Shown here: piece by piece, positions 54,548-64,000 of the stretch
Layout: every line of letters starts with the position of its first letter
Position numbering within the stretch: the stretch's first letter is position 1
NCBI GenBank assembly: GCA_016234735.1
Contig: JACRAN010000338.1
Span: 11,441-75,440 of the forward strand
Reading direction: 5' to 3'
DNA: 64,000 nt
Origin: Bacteroidota bacterium
Lineage (GTDB): Bacteria > Bacteroidota > Bacteroidia > Chitinophagales > Saprospiraceae
Program-made: the position numbers and the translations under genes
Notes under the pieces: generated by a model
Database searches by the model: none
Seen by the model: only the letters and a program-made list of their open reading frames with translations
Told to the model about the DNA's origin: nothing

Positions 54548-56128
54548 ATGACTCAAAAAATAGCGGCCTGCCTTGTTTTTCTTGCTCTTTCAGGATTAGT
54601 TTTCGGTCAAAACTCCTGGAACGTTGACCTGCTCGGCCAGGTCAACCGGGGCGACACACGCTACTCCGGGAGTTGGGCCTACGTGGCACCCGACAGCAGC
54701 GAGTACGCCCTCATCGGAGCCAAAACAGGCATGGCTGCTTACTCCATCGACGATACCAGCAGCTTCACAGAGTTGGGTTTCGTGGCGGGGCCAGTGACCA
54801 ACTGGCGGGAAATCACCGTCATCGGCCAACACGCCTTCGTAGTCACCGATGTGCAGGGACCCAGCCACGGGATGCAGGTCATCGACCTCGGCTACCTCCC
54901 CGACAGCCTCCATCTCGACACGACTTACACGGAAACCTTCACCACCGGCCACATCATCCAGAAGGCGATTGACAGCGACGAACCCTACGTGTACGTGATG
55001 GGCACTTCCACCACGCAGGGCGTTCACATCCTCAACGTATCAGACCCCGCCGTGCCGGTGGAAGTGGGCAAATATGTGCCCGGCTACTACATCCACGATG
55101 CCCATATCCGGGGGAACCTGCTCTACGCTGCGGCATTTTACGAAACGCAAATCGACATCGTGGATATTTCGGACAAAACGAACCCCGTGCAAATCGGCAC
55201 CATCACCTACGACGGCAAAAACACGCACAGCGCCTCGACCACTGAAGATGGCCACTTCCTCATTGTTACTGACGAGCAGGACGGGTATCCGGCACGGGTT
55301 TTCAATGTGGAAGACCCCGAAAATGGGTACGAAGTGGCCCGGTACACCGCCAACGAACTGAGCCTCGTCCACAATCCCTACGTCAGGGGCGATTTCTGTT
55401 TCGTTTCCCACAACACGGAGGGCCTGCGGGTGCTGGACCTCGCCGACCCCAGTGTGCCGGTGGAAGTCGGCTTTTTCGATACCTGGCCTGGGGCAAGCGG
55501 CGGGTTCAGTGGGCTGTGGTCTGCCTGCCCGTACTTTCCGTCGGGCAAAATCATCGGCGGCAACCGCAATGACGGCTTGTACGTCTGGTCGTTCAACGAA
55601 ACCAGGGCCGCACGGGTGTACGGCCTCGTGACGGACAGCCTCAGCGGTGCACCGATTTACGGGGCGGCCATCGAAATACCCGAACTGGCCGACACGCTGG
55701 CCACCGGTTTCACCGGGCAATTCAAAAAAGGCATGCTCGAAGGCAGCTACACGTTGGCGGTCACAGCATCGGGCTACCTTCCCAAAACGTTGGAAATCAA
55801 TCTTTTACAAGGCGACAGCCTTTTCGTGGAAATGCCGCTGGTGCCTGAAAATTTTAGCGCCGCAAGCGAAAAAGCAGCGCTGCTGCCCTCGCCCACCTTG
55901 TACCCAAACCCATCGGGTGGAAGTTTTTCGGTCGATTTGAGCAGACTTCCAAACGCTACCCAAATGAAGGTTTTTGATGAAAAAGGCGGTTTGGTAAAAA
56001 AACAATCGATCGCAGGTGGGCGTCTGTTGGGGTTGGATTTTTCGGAAAATCCGGTCGGCCACTATCGGCTGGCAATTTTTGACGAGGCAGGTTCGTTGAT
56101 TGCAACTGCCAGAATTTCAATGTTTTAG
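54548..56128 (+). CDS. LVIVD-repeat (choice-of-anchor-B-like) protein with T9SS C-terminal sorting domain
   Basis: 526 aa from the ATG at 54548, with a signal peptide. It has repeated beta-propeller LVIVD-like segments (QVIDLG, HILNVSDP, IDIVDISD, LRVLDLADP), a carboxypeptidase-regulatory-like segment, and a tail LYPNPSGGSFSVDL. Confidence 0.75.
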   Translation: MTQKIAACLVFLALSGLVFGQNSWNVDLLGQVNRGDTRYSGSWAYVAPDSSEYALIGAKTGMAAYSIDDTSSFTELGFVAGPVTNWREITVIGQHAFVVTDVQGPSHGMQVIDLGYLPDSLHLDTTYTETFTTGHIIQKAIDSDEPYVYVMGTSTTQGVHILNVSDPAVPVEVGKYVPGYYIHDAHIRGNLLYAAAFYETQIDIVDISDKTNPVQIGTITYDGKNTHSASTTEDGHFLIVTDEQDGYPARVFNVEDPENGYEVARYTANELSLVHNPYVRGDFCFVSHNTEGLRVLDLADPSVPVEVGFFDTWPGASGGFSGLWSACPYFPSGKIIGGNRNDGLYVWSFNETRAARVYGLVTDSLSGAPIYGAAIEIPELADTLATGFTGQFKKGMLEGSYTLAVTASGYLPKTLEINLLQGDSLFVEMPLVPENFSAASEKAALLPSPTLYPNPSGGSFSVDLSRLPNATQMKVFDEKGGLVKKQSIAGGRLLGLDFSENPVGHYRLAIFDEAGSLIATARISMF

Positions 56129-56164
56129 CCTTAGTTTTGCTGTGAGAAAAACACGTGAACAAAA

Positions 56165-59100
56165 ATGATGAGGACTGCGCTGATAGCCCTGTTTTTACTG
56201 ACAATATCCCACCTGCTGCCCGGCCAGGACAAGGAACTGGCCCTGGCCAAACATTACGACGCTGTCGCCGACAGCCTCAGCAAAATCCCCGACCACACCA
56301 AAGCGATTCTTTTCCGCAAAAAAGCCCTCAATATTTACCAGAACCAGCGGCCCGTGCCGTTTGAAAAAATCGCCGCCGAGTTTCGGAGCATCGGCATCTA
56401 CTATCGCCGGGAAGGCAAATTTGCCGAGTGCGAATACTACCTGAGACGGGCTGTCGAGGTGGCCGAAGCCCGCCTCGGCCCATCGCACCCCGAACTGGCC
56501 AAAGCCTACAACAGCTACGGTATTTACCTCCTGACGAAAGGCGAAAACAAACAGGCACTCGCTTTTTTGAAAAAAAGCCTGGCCATCAATCAAAAACTGA
56601 AGTCGCCCGAAGTGGCCGACAACCTGAACAACATCGGCATCATCCACGAAAACCTCGGCGACTACGGGCAGGCGTTCGAGCATTACCGGCAGGCCCTGCG
56701 CTACAACCGGGCGAAAAACGGAACCTTCCACATCAACACCGCCAACAACTTCCTCAACCTCGGCACGTCGAGCCTGAAACTCGACCGCTACGACGAGGCA
56801 TTCGCTTTTTTTGATACCACGCTGCGGATTTACGACAGCATCCTGTCGCCCAATCACCCTGAATTTGCAGGGCTTTACAACAATCTGGGGGCCGTTTCCA
56901 ATGTACGGGGCGACTACCGCACGGCCATCGATTTTTTTGAAAAAGCGCTGCGCTGCACCGAGTTCAATCTCGGCGAAAACCACCCCGACGTGGCCAACGT
57001 GTACGCCAACACAGGCATCCTGCTGCTCAACCGGGGCGACCAGAACAAAGCACTGGCATTTTTCAGGAAGGCGTACAACATCCGGGTGAAGTTTTTCGGG
57101 CTGAACAACCACCTCGTGGCCCGCACCTGCAACTACCTCGGCGACTGCTACCTCCAGAAAAACGATTTCGACCAGGCGTACGACTGGTTCGGGGAGGCAC
57201 TGCGCATTTTTCAACGCCTGCCAGCCGGAGACCCTGCCGACCTGGCCGAATACAAAAACGACCTCGGTTATTATTTTGAAAAACTCGGCAACTACGGCGA
57301 GGCAGCCCGCCTGTACAACGAAGCGCTGAACGTGGTGCGCAAAAGCCCTGAAAAACAGGGCCTCGACATCGCCAACTCGCTCGCCCGGATTGGGAACGTC
57401 TATTTTTCGCAGGAAAACTTCGGGGAGGCCAACCGCCACTTCCAGCAGGCGCTCGCCATTTCCCGAAAATTACTGGGTTGGAGGCACCCCGACGTGGCCT
57501 CGATTTATTCGAAAATCGCCCTGGCCTGCGCCACCGACCGGGACTGTGCGCTCACCTATTGCGATTCGGCGATGGCCGCCGTGAATTTTACGAAGCGCGC
57601 CAATTTCGATTTTGAAAAAGTGACCTCGCCCATTGTTTTGCTGGATGTTTTTGAGAAAAAAGGCCAGTTGCTGCAACATTTTTTCAAAGAAACCGGCGAC
57701 AAAAAATGGCTCCAAGAGGCCGACCAGGTTTATACTTTCGGCACACAACTGATTGATTTTGTGAAAATTACGTTGGAGGAGCCGGGGTCGAGGCAGGCGC
57801 TGCTGGCCAACTATTTCCTCATTTACGAAAATGGAATCTCGGTAAAATGCCAGCTCAGGGAGGCCACCGGCGAGTCCCGTTTTTGGCACGAGGCTTTTGA
57901 AATTTCGGAACGGAGCAACGCCACGCTGCTGCTCGAAGCGCTGCAATCCGTGCAGGCCGGGCAGTTCGCAGGCATACCGGACAGCCTGCTCGAACAGGAG
58001 CGAAAGCTGAAAATCGACCTCGCTTTTTTTGAAAAACAAGTTTTCGAGGAACAACTCAACGGCCTGAACGCTGACCAAGGAAAACTCACCGGGCTGAACG
58101 ATAAAATTTTTACGCTGCAACAAAAAAGCACCCGCCTGACGGAGGCACTTCGCAGGGATTTTCCCAAGTATTTCGAGCTGAAATATGTGCCGGAAGTGGT
58201 CGGTGTCGATGAAATCCAGCGCAAACTGCTGCGCCCGGGGCAGGGTATGTTGGCCTACTTCGTGGGGGAGGAAAACATTTTCGCCTTCGTCATTTCGGAG
58301 AAAAAATTCGAGGTGGTGACGATTCCGAAGGAGTTTCCGCTTGAAGCCTGGGTCGAGGAGTTCCGCAACAGCATCTACCGCTACAACCCGGCGAGCAAGG
58401 ATGTCGAATACCTGAGCCAGAAATACGCCAACCTCGGCCACGAACTTTACGAGTTGATTTTCGAGCCGGTGCGAACGAAACTGACTGGTAATGAGCTGAT
58501 TATCGTTCCCGGCGGGGTGCTGGGCTACCTCCCGTTCGATGCGCTGCTGGCCACCGAACCCGACGAGTACGGCAGCTTCGACACGCACGATTACCTCGTA
58601 CGCAAGTACCAGTTCAGTTACAGCTATTCCGCCACGCTGCTCAAGGAAATGTCGGAGCGGCGGACGAAGTGGCGGAAGGGCGGCTTCGTGGCGTTCGCCC
58701 CCTCCTACTCCGGCGACTCCCTCAGCCTTCGCAGCAATGACCCCTGGCGGGCCATGCTCGGCAAACTGAAATTCAACAAAACAGAAGCCCTTGCTATCCA
58801 GGGAGTTATGGGTGGGAAGGTGTTCCTCGATTCCGCCGCTACGGAGCAGCGGTTTATGGAAATAGCGCCCAGAGCGGGCATCCTGCACCTGGCACTCCAT
58901 GCCAAATCGAACGATGAGCATGGCGAGTACTCCTACCTCGCTTTTTACCAGACGCTCGACTCCATCGAAAATGAGTTGATTTTCGTGAAAGACCTCTACT
59001 CCATGCGTATCCGGGCGGCGCTGGTGGTGCTGAGTGCCTGCGAGACGGGCATCGGCGAACTGCAACGGGGCGAGGGCATCGTCAGCCTGGCGAGGGGATT

Positions 59101-59416
59101 TTCTTACGCCGGTGCCGCCAGCATCGTCACCACGCTGTGGAGCATCGACGACTACGCCTCCTCCGAAATCATGACGGATTTTTACCAAAACCTGAAAGCC
59201 GGAGCCACGAAAGATGCCGCCCTCCGGCAGGCAAAACTGGCTTTTTTGAAAAAAAGGAAAGGCAACAATGCCGCCCACCCGCTGTACTGGGCTGCCTTCA
59301 TCCCGGTCGGCGACATGGAGCCGTTGGGCAACGGCGGCCTGCCCTGGTGGGGTTGGGCAGGGTTGGCGCTCGCCGGTTTCAGTGCTGGCTGGTATTTTTT
59401 TTCAAGGAAAAAATAG
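56165..59416 (+). CDS. TPR-repeat CHAT-domain protease-like protein, exported and C-terminally anchored
   Basis: 1083 aa. The N-terminal signal peptide (MMRTALIALFLLTISHLLPG) is followed by about 10 TPRs. The C-terminal CHAT domain has His (LHLALHAKS) and Cys (VVLSACETG). A terminal TM helix precedes RKK. Confidence 0.85.
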   Translation: MMRTALIALFLLTISHLLPGQDKELALAKHYDAVADSLSKIPDHTKAILFRKKALNIYQNQRPVPFEKIAAEFRSIGIYYRREGKFAECEYYLRRAVEVAEARLGPSHPELAKAYNSYGIYLLTKGENKQALAFLKKSLAINQKLKSPEVADNLNNIGIIHENLGDYGQAFEHYRQALRYNRAKNGTFHINTANNFLNLGTSSLKLDRYDEAFAFFDTTLRIYDSILSPNHPEFAGLYNNLGAVSNVRGDYRTAIDFFEKALRCTEFNLGENHPDVANVYANTGILLLNRGDQNKALAFFRKAYNIRVKFFGLNNHLVARTCNYLGDCYLQKNDFDQAYDWFGEALRIFQRLPAGDPADLAEYKNDLGYYFEKLGNYGEAARLYNEALNVVRKSPEKQGLDIANSLARIGNVYFSQENFGEANRHFQQALAISRKLLGWRHPDVASIYSKIALACATDRDCALTYCDSAMAAVNFTKRANFDFEKVTSPIVLLDVFEKKGQLLQHFFKETGDKKWLQEADQVYTFGTQLIDFVKITLEEPGSRQALLANYFLIYENGISVKCQLREATGESRFWHEAFEISERSNATLLLEALQSVQAGQFAGIPDSLLEQERKLKIDLAFFEKQVFEEQLNGLNADQGKLTGLNDKIFTLQQKSTRLTEALRRDFPKYFELKYVPEVVGVDEIQRKLLRPGQGMLAYFVGEENIFAFVISEKKFEVVTIPKEFPLEAWVEEFRNSIYRYNPASKDVEYLSQKYANLGHELYELIFEPVRTKLTGNELIIVPGGVLGYLPFDALLATEPDEYGSFDTHDYLVRKYQFSYSYSATLLKEMSERRTKWRKGGFVAFAPSYSGDSLSLRSNDPWRAMLGKLKFNKTEALAIQGVMGGKVFLDSAATEQRFMEIAPRAGILHLALHAKSNDEHGEYSYLAFYQTLDSIENELIFVKDLYSMRIRAALVVLSACETGIGELQRGEGIVSLARGFSYAGAASIVTTLWSIDDYASSEIMTDFYQNLKAGATKDAALRQAKLAFLKKRKGNNAAHPLYWAAFIPVGDMEPLGNGGLPWWGWAGLALAGFSAGWYFFSRKK

Positions 59417-59421
59417 CGGCT

Positions 59422-61989
59422 TCACTGCTTCGCAATTTTGATTCTTCTCCAACTTTTGCCATCCGACAACGCCAAAAAATAAAGCCCGGAGGGCAAACCG
59501 GAAACCTCGATTCGGGTCGTTTTTTCAAAAATTTCAAATTCCTGCAAAGTCCGTCCCTGCACGTCGAACAACCTGCCCCTGATTTTACCGGCAGGTATTT
59601 TTGACAAGCTGAACGTAAGTTCCCCTGATGCCGGATTTGGAAAAACCGTGATGCCGTCAACGACCGAAACCTCGCCCGCATCTGTCAAATCAATGAAAAT
59701 CTGGTACGAAACGGCACTGCCACAGTTGGGGTTTCCGGCGGTGAGCGTGACGGTGAACACGCCCTCCGTCGTGTACACGTGGACGGGGCCGGGCTCCTGA
59801 GAGGTGTTGCCGTCGCCAAAATCCCAATTGAAAAACGTGCCGCCGATGGTCAGGTTGGTGAACTGAACGGTGGCACCGTTCACCGAAAAAGAAAAATCGG
59901 CCACCGGCGGCTGGAACACGGCCACAAAGTCCTGTTGAACCGCCGTGTTTTCGCCAAAAACATTGGTAACTGTGAGCGTCACGTCGTACACACCAGGAAG
60001 ATTGTAAACCACCACCGGGTTTTCTTCGGTCGAAAAAGTCGGATTGCCGCCTTCAAAAATCCAGTTAAAATCAGTCAGGTTGCTGCCAATCGACTGGTTT
60101 TGAAAAAGCACCGTCAGTGGGGCGCATCCGCTCGAAATACCAGCGATGAACATAGCTTGGGGCAGCGAACCTGTCTGCACCGTCAACGAAAAAGTGGTCT
60201 CTCCACAGCCGTTGAACGCCGTGAGCGTGACCTGAAATTGGCCCGCTGCCGGGAACGTGTGCACCGGGTTTGCCTCGGTGGAGGTGGTCCCGTCACCGAA
60301 ATCCCACAGGTAGGATGTGGCATCGGTCGAGGCGTTTTCAAACTCGATGGTTTCGTTGCCGATGAGCGTAAAATCAAACCCGGCCTGAGGCAACGGGACG
60401 ATGTCCAACATGGCAGTTTCGGAGTATAAAAAACTGACACACGGCCCGGTCACGAGGCACCGGAATTGGTAGCCGTCAAACATTGAATTTGGGTTGGAAA
60501 CCGTCAAAGAATCAGTGGCCGTTCCGTCATAAACCGTTGAATTCGAGAGGTTTATCCAACCAGACCCATCGTTCGCCTGCCACTGGTATTGGAGGAAATT
60601 CCCCTGCAAGGCCCACCCGAAAACAGCTTGATGACCTTCACAGACAGTCGCTGAAACGGGCTGACCCAGCACTTCCTCCGCCACAATTTCGAGGGAAGAC
60701 TGCGGGAAATTGTCGTAATCACCCTGCACACCCGCTTCGCCCGCTGCTGCCCCGTTGGATGGCCCGTTGCATTGCCCGGAGGGCGAATTGTTGACTCCTG
60801 CCTGGCCACCGCCGACGTTCACACTGGAAAAATTCGGAAGATTGGTGAGCAATCGGCCACCACTTGCCCCTCCGCCTGCCCCGAAACAACGGTCGGAGGG
60901 GTTGCTGACGTTGCTGCCCCTGCCGCCGATGGCTTCCACGTTCAGCGTTCCGTTGAGCGAACCCGCCAAAAGCAAGACTGTGCCGCCCGCCCCGCCACCG
61001 CCCGCCCCGTCGCCGCCTGCGTTCGGAGGCGTTTTCCCGTTGGCAAAAATGGTTTGGCCGTTGCCCTGCACCGTGCCCGCCAGGATGATGGCGATGCCCC
61101 CACCGTTGGCACCGGAGCTGCCCGCCCCGGTGTCGTCCACATGCCCTGCGCCGCCGCCGCCGCCTAAAAAAATCCGGCCAACCTCGTTGGGGCACTGCTT
61201 GCCGCCCCTCCCTGCGAACTCGCCATCACAACCAAAGCCGGAGGAGTTTTGGTTGCCGCCGATGCCACCTGCGGAAACATTGCCGCCGCCGCCGCCGCCG
61301 CTGTTGTGGTCGTTGCCGCCGCCGCCGCCGTTGGCCTGGGCACCCCGTCCGTGTTCCTTGCCGGAGACGGGAGCTGCAATGCCTTCGCCCTTCGGGGAGC
61401 CTCGCCAGTTGTTGGTTGGGTAATAAAAATCGTCGGCAAAAGTGAGGAAGGTACAGTCGCTGGTCACAATCACCTTGCTGGCACCCCGGAATCCGGCACC
61501 GCTCACATCGATGGGTGCTTCAAGGCCCAGGGTGTCCGCTTGAAAAATGAGCACTCCACCCATTTCGCCGTTCCAGGGCAAGGCTTTCAGTGTGTCGGTG
61601 GCGACGGCATTTGGAAACAACGGAATGGAAACCAACTGAACGGAACCACTTGCGTCGTATGGATTCAGCAGGGTGTTTTTCAGGTAAACAACATTGCCCG
61701 CAATGAACAGGATTTCGTTTTTTTCATAAAAACCGGCGCTGCCTGTCGCTTCGATGTTGCCAAAACTGGCCGTGTTGGAGGTGTTGATGGTGGTGCCTTT
61801 CATCTGGATGAGCAGCACTTGGTCACCTTCGCTGAAATTGGCAGCGTTTGAAACGGTCAGCCTGCCCTCGCAGGCATCGATGGCAACGACCCTGGCGTAC
61901 TGGTTGACGATGCCCGAAATGGGCGTTTGAGAAAAAAGCCTGACTGAATAAACCAGGCACAGGAGGCAGAGGAAAAAATTTTGATTCAT
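59422..61989 (-). CDS. T9SS C-terminal sorting-domain protein with glycine-rich beta-helix-like region and PKD repeats
   Basis: 855 aa with a signal peptide. A long G-rich region (GGGGGNDHNSGGGGGGNVSAGGIGG...) is followed by at least 3 PKD-like repeats (WDFGDGTTS, WDFGDGNTS) and a T9SS tail (GLYFLALSDGKSWRRIKIAKQ). Confidence 0.8.
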   Translation of the reverse strand: MNQNFFLCLLCLVYSVRLFSQTPISGIVNQYARVVAIDACEGRLTVSNAANFSEGDQVLLIQMKGTTINTSNTASFGNIEATGSAGFYEKNEILFIAGNVVYLKNTLLNPYDASGSVQLVSIPLFPNAVATDTLKALPWNGEMGGVLIFQADTLGLEAPIDVSGAGFRGASKVIVTSDCTFLTFADDFYYPTNNWRGSPKGEGIAAPVSGKEHGRGAQANGGGGGNDHNSGGGGGGNVSAGGIGGNQNSSGFGCDGEFAGRGGKQCPNEVGRIFLGGGGGAGHVDDTGAGSSGANGGGIAIILAGTVQGNGQTIFANGKTPPNAGGDGAGGGGAGGTVLLLAGSLNGTLNVEAIGGRGSNVSNPSDRCFGAGGGASGGRLLTNLPNFSSVNVGGGQAGVNNSPSGQCNGPSNGAAAGEAGVQGDYDNFPQSSLEIVAEEVLGQPVSATVCEGHQAVFGWALQGNFLQYQWQANDGSGWINLSNSTVYDGTATDSLTVSNPNSMFDGYQFRCLVTGPCVSFLYSETAMLDIVPLPQAGFDFTLIGNETIEFENASTDATSYLWDFGDGTTSTEANPVHTFPAAGQFQVTLTAFNGCGETTFSLTVQTGSLPQAMFIAGISSGCAPLTVLFQNQSIGSNLTDFNWIFEGGNPTFSTEENPVVVYNLPGVYDVTLTVTNVFGENTAVQQDFVAVFQPPVADFSFSVNGATVQFTNLTIGGTFFNWDFGDGNTSQEPGPVHVYTTEGVFTVTLTAGNPNCGSAVSYQIFIDLTDAGEVSVVDGITVFPNPASGELTFSLSKIPAGKIRGRLFDVQGRTLQEFEIFEKTTRIEVSGLPSGLYFLALSDGKSWRRIKIAKQ

Positions 61990-62177
61990 TTTCAGTATTT
62001 GGGATGAAAAAATATACTTTTGCGCCCGCTTAAGCCCACCGCCTGCTCGTCAGGGTAAGTGGGAATGGTTGAACCGAGGCGTTTTTTCAGTTGGGAAATT
62101 CAGGAATGAACAGGACGTCAGGCTTTTTCATTTTAAAATCCTCAACAACAAAACCCTCAACATCAAACCTTTAAAAC

Positions 62178-62669
62178 ATGGCAGTTAAAATCAGATTGCA
62201 AAGAAAAGGAAAAAAGAAGAAACCTTTCTACCACATCGTCATCGCCGATGCGAGGGCACCCCGTGATGGCCGTTTCATCGAAAAAATCGGCTCCTACAAC
62301 CCGCTGACCTCCCCGGCCATCATCGAAATCGACCGCGACCGGGCCTACGAATGGCTGATGCAGGGCGCACAGCCCACCGATACGGTGCGGGCAATGCTCC
62401 GCTTAAAGGGTGTATTTTACCGCAAACACGTCATGCGAGGCGTGAAAAAAGGCGCTTTTTCGGAGGAAACAGCCATGCAAAAATACACCGAGTACGTGGA
62501 GGCAAAAGAAGCCAAAACCGCTGCACGGGCCGAAAAAACGAAATCCGAGATGGCCGCTTTCAGTGCAAAAGTGGCTGGCCTCGATGCCAAGGCATCTGCT
62601 CCGAAGAAGGAAATCCCGAAAGTGGAAGTGGCTGCCGCACCGGTTGTTGCCGCTCAGGAGGAAGAATAA
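62178..62669 (+). CDS. rpsP: 30S ribosomal protein S16 (with Ala/Lys/Glu-rich C-terminal extension)
   Basis: N-terminus [42 protein letters not shown]. 163 aa. Confidence 0.93.
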   Translation: MAVKIRLQRKGKKKKPFYHIVIADARAPRDGRFIEKIGSYNPLTSPAIIEIDRDRAYEWLMQGAQPTDTVRAMLRLKGVFYRKHVMRGVKKGAFSEETAMQKYTEYVEAKEAKTAARAEKTKSEMAAFSAKVAGLDAKASAPKKEIPKVEVAAAPVVAAQEEE

Positions 62670-62692
62670 TCCATTGTTTTCAGATAAAAAAA

Positions 62693-62721
62693 GCCCGGAG
62701 GAATTTTCCTTCGGGCTTTTT
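62693..62721 (+). terminator. intrinsic terminator after rpsP
   Basis: GCCCGGAGGAatttTCCTTCGGGC followed by TTTTT. One pair is a G-U wobble only in the plus-strand RNA. An A-run upstream also makes it usable for the convergent minus-strand gene. Confidence 0.75.
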
Positions 62722-62745
62722 CATTTTCAGTCAGGAATGGTCAGG

Positions 62746-63117
62746 TCATTTCACTTTGAACAACTTGACGATGCGTTCCTTGCCATCTGCGTTCATTTTC
62801 AGGAAAAGCGAATCTTCCGTGAGGTTGATGATTTGTACGGCTTTTTCGGTGGAGGCTTCATTGATGGTGTCAAGGGTGTAGAGCAGTTCGCCTTTGACGG
62901 AGAACGTGCCCGCTTCCTTGTAGTTGAGGGTGCTGGTAAAATTATAGTAGCAGTTATCAAAGAACTGGAAATTTATGTCCGCCGGGGTGACCGGCAAGGG
63001 CATCCCATCTTCCAGCAGGGCAGAACACTGCCATTTCCCCAACAGTTTTTTAGACTGCCAATTGTTGCAAGCCACCAGCATCACGCATGTCAAAAACACC
63101 AGACTTGATTTTTTCAT
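62746..63117 (-). CDS. lipocalin-like lipoprotein (hypothetical)
   Basis: Lipoprotein signal MKKSSLVFLTCVMLVAC, followed by the LLGKWQ motif common in small lipocalin-like domains. An alternative ATG lies at 63123. Confidence 0.6.
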   Translation of the reverse strand: MKKSSLVFLTCVMLVACNNWQSKKLLGKWQCSALLEDGMPLPVTPADINFQFFDNCYYNFTSTLNYKEAGTFSVKGELLYTLDTINEASTEKAVQIINLTEDSLFLKMNADGKERIVKLFKVK

Positions 63118-63263
63118 ACTCATCTTTTCTCGTCAAAATACAGGCTGTTCTTTTCAATCAACGCTCGAACCCTGTAAAATTAGGCTACTCGCAGGTAATC
63201 AATTCTGTTTAAACAAATGATTACCAGATTCTTAACCTATCGCCCTGCCGCAGTTCTTCTTTT

Positions 63264-63633
63264 CTACTCAACGAAAACCCAATCAAGATAGAAAAAGCTT
63301 GAAATCAATAGAAAACTGAACACGCCCGCAAGGTATCCAGCCAAAAGCCAACCAGGGTTTTTTTTTTGAAATGCCAGATAAAATCAATCCGCTACATACC
63401 CATTGCAGCCACACCCGCTGCGGAACCAATAATCAAAATACTGCCCCCTGTGTCGGCAGGGTAAGCGATAAATTGCCAAAGCTTGGCATCCATCGGAAAC
63501 AAATCCACAAGATGCCCATCACAGCAGCCACCAACGGCAAACCCGCAGTTGCTTTGAAAATCGGCATAAAAATCAGCCCGCCCACTCCAAAAATCAGCAT
63601 GGTTTTGCTGCTGAGGAGTTGCTCCTTTTTCAA
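63264..63633 (-). pseudogene. decayed C-terminal remnant of an ion-transporter (NhaD/ArsB-like) gene
   Basis: Transporter-like segments are spread over three frames: MLIFGVGGLIFMPIF..LPLVAAVMG, then GSILIIGSAAGVAAMGM-stop, then IDFIWHFKKK, then GYLAGVFSFLLISSFF. There is an in-frame TAG and a T10 homopolymer (63359-63368). Confidence 0.35.
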
Positions 63634-63885
63634 TTTACTATCAAGTCCCTTTCCCTGAAAAGCAACGGCGAATTTAGTCTAAACTCCAATTCCAACAATT
63701 TCCAGGAAAGTTTTTTAGGTGACCGGCTTATTAAGTTTTGTTGCGCTTGAGACATTCATGGTAAACTTCGTTTTACCCCCAAAGGCTTTTCCTAACTTCG
63801 GCCTCCGGCCAAACGGATTGGCGGTAAATTTCACCAGTATCAACCTCGAGTCACCTTGTTTTCAACTGAAAAAAAAAAACTCGTT

Positions 63886-64000
63886 ATGACAAAAAAGACT
63901 ACTCTCGCAATCGTTGCAACTATCTGTCTTTCAATCAGTTTGCTCGTTTTTAAAAACAGTTTTTGGAAAAACGACCGGATGGAGGCGGGCAAATTTTCCG
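63886..64000 (+). CDS. partial ORF (5' end only), signal-anchor-like N-terminus
   Basis: The ATG at 63886 gives MTKKTTLAIVATICLSISLLVF... and the ORF runs off the window end. Confidence 0.35.
   Translation, partial: MTKKTTLAIVATICLSISLLVFKNSFWKNDRMEAGKFS

Overview
This window looks like a Bacteroidota chromosome segment of mid to high GC. Supporting signs are several T9SS C-terminal sorting-domain proteins, OmpA proteins with thrombospondin-type-3 repeats, BshC, TAnnTTTG-type promoter boxes and no Shine-Dalgarno sequences. Most of it is housekeeping: ppdK, galE, cysQ, murB, two tRNA-Leu, hscB, rseP, rsmE, yidD, nusB, xseAB, ribD, an M16 peptidase pair, hscA, bshC, pruA, coaD, pfkA, pbpC and rpsP. 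The most interesting region is a visibly AT-richer island at about 47.47-51.86 kb. It carries a LytTR response regulator, a 58-aa ORF with a near-textbook double-glycine leader, and a TPR-rich LytS-type histidine kinase with no transmembrane segment. Downstream lie three paralogous, hairpin-terminated ~70-nt modules. Two of these are preceded by 12-bp direct repeats at 20-21 bp phasing, which looks like a LytTR operator. I read this as a candidate peptide-signalling circuit driving small RNAs; that is inference, not demonstrated. The second unusual theme is the intergenic DNA. Many long hairpins have arms built from imperfect 7-10-nt tandem words. These include a ~155-bp palindromic element present twice and two families of conserved sequences directly upstream of unrelated genes. 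Other notes: an in-frame TAG in the N-terminus of a TPR protein, an exported TPR-CHAT protease, a decayed transporter remnant and some candidate structured leaders. All calls come from reading the sequence and from motif memory. No searches were run, and GC statements are by eye.
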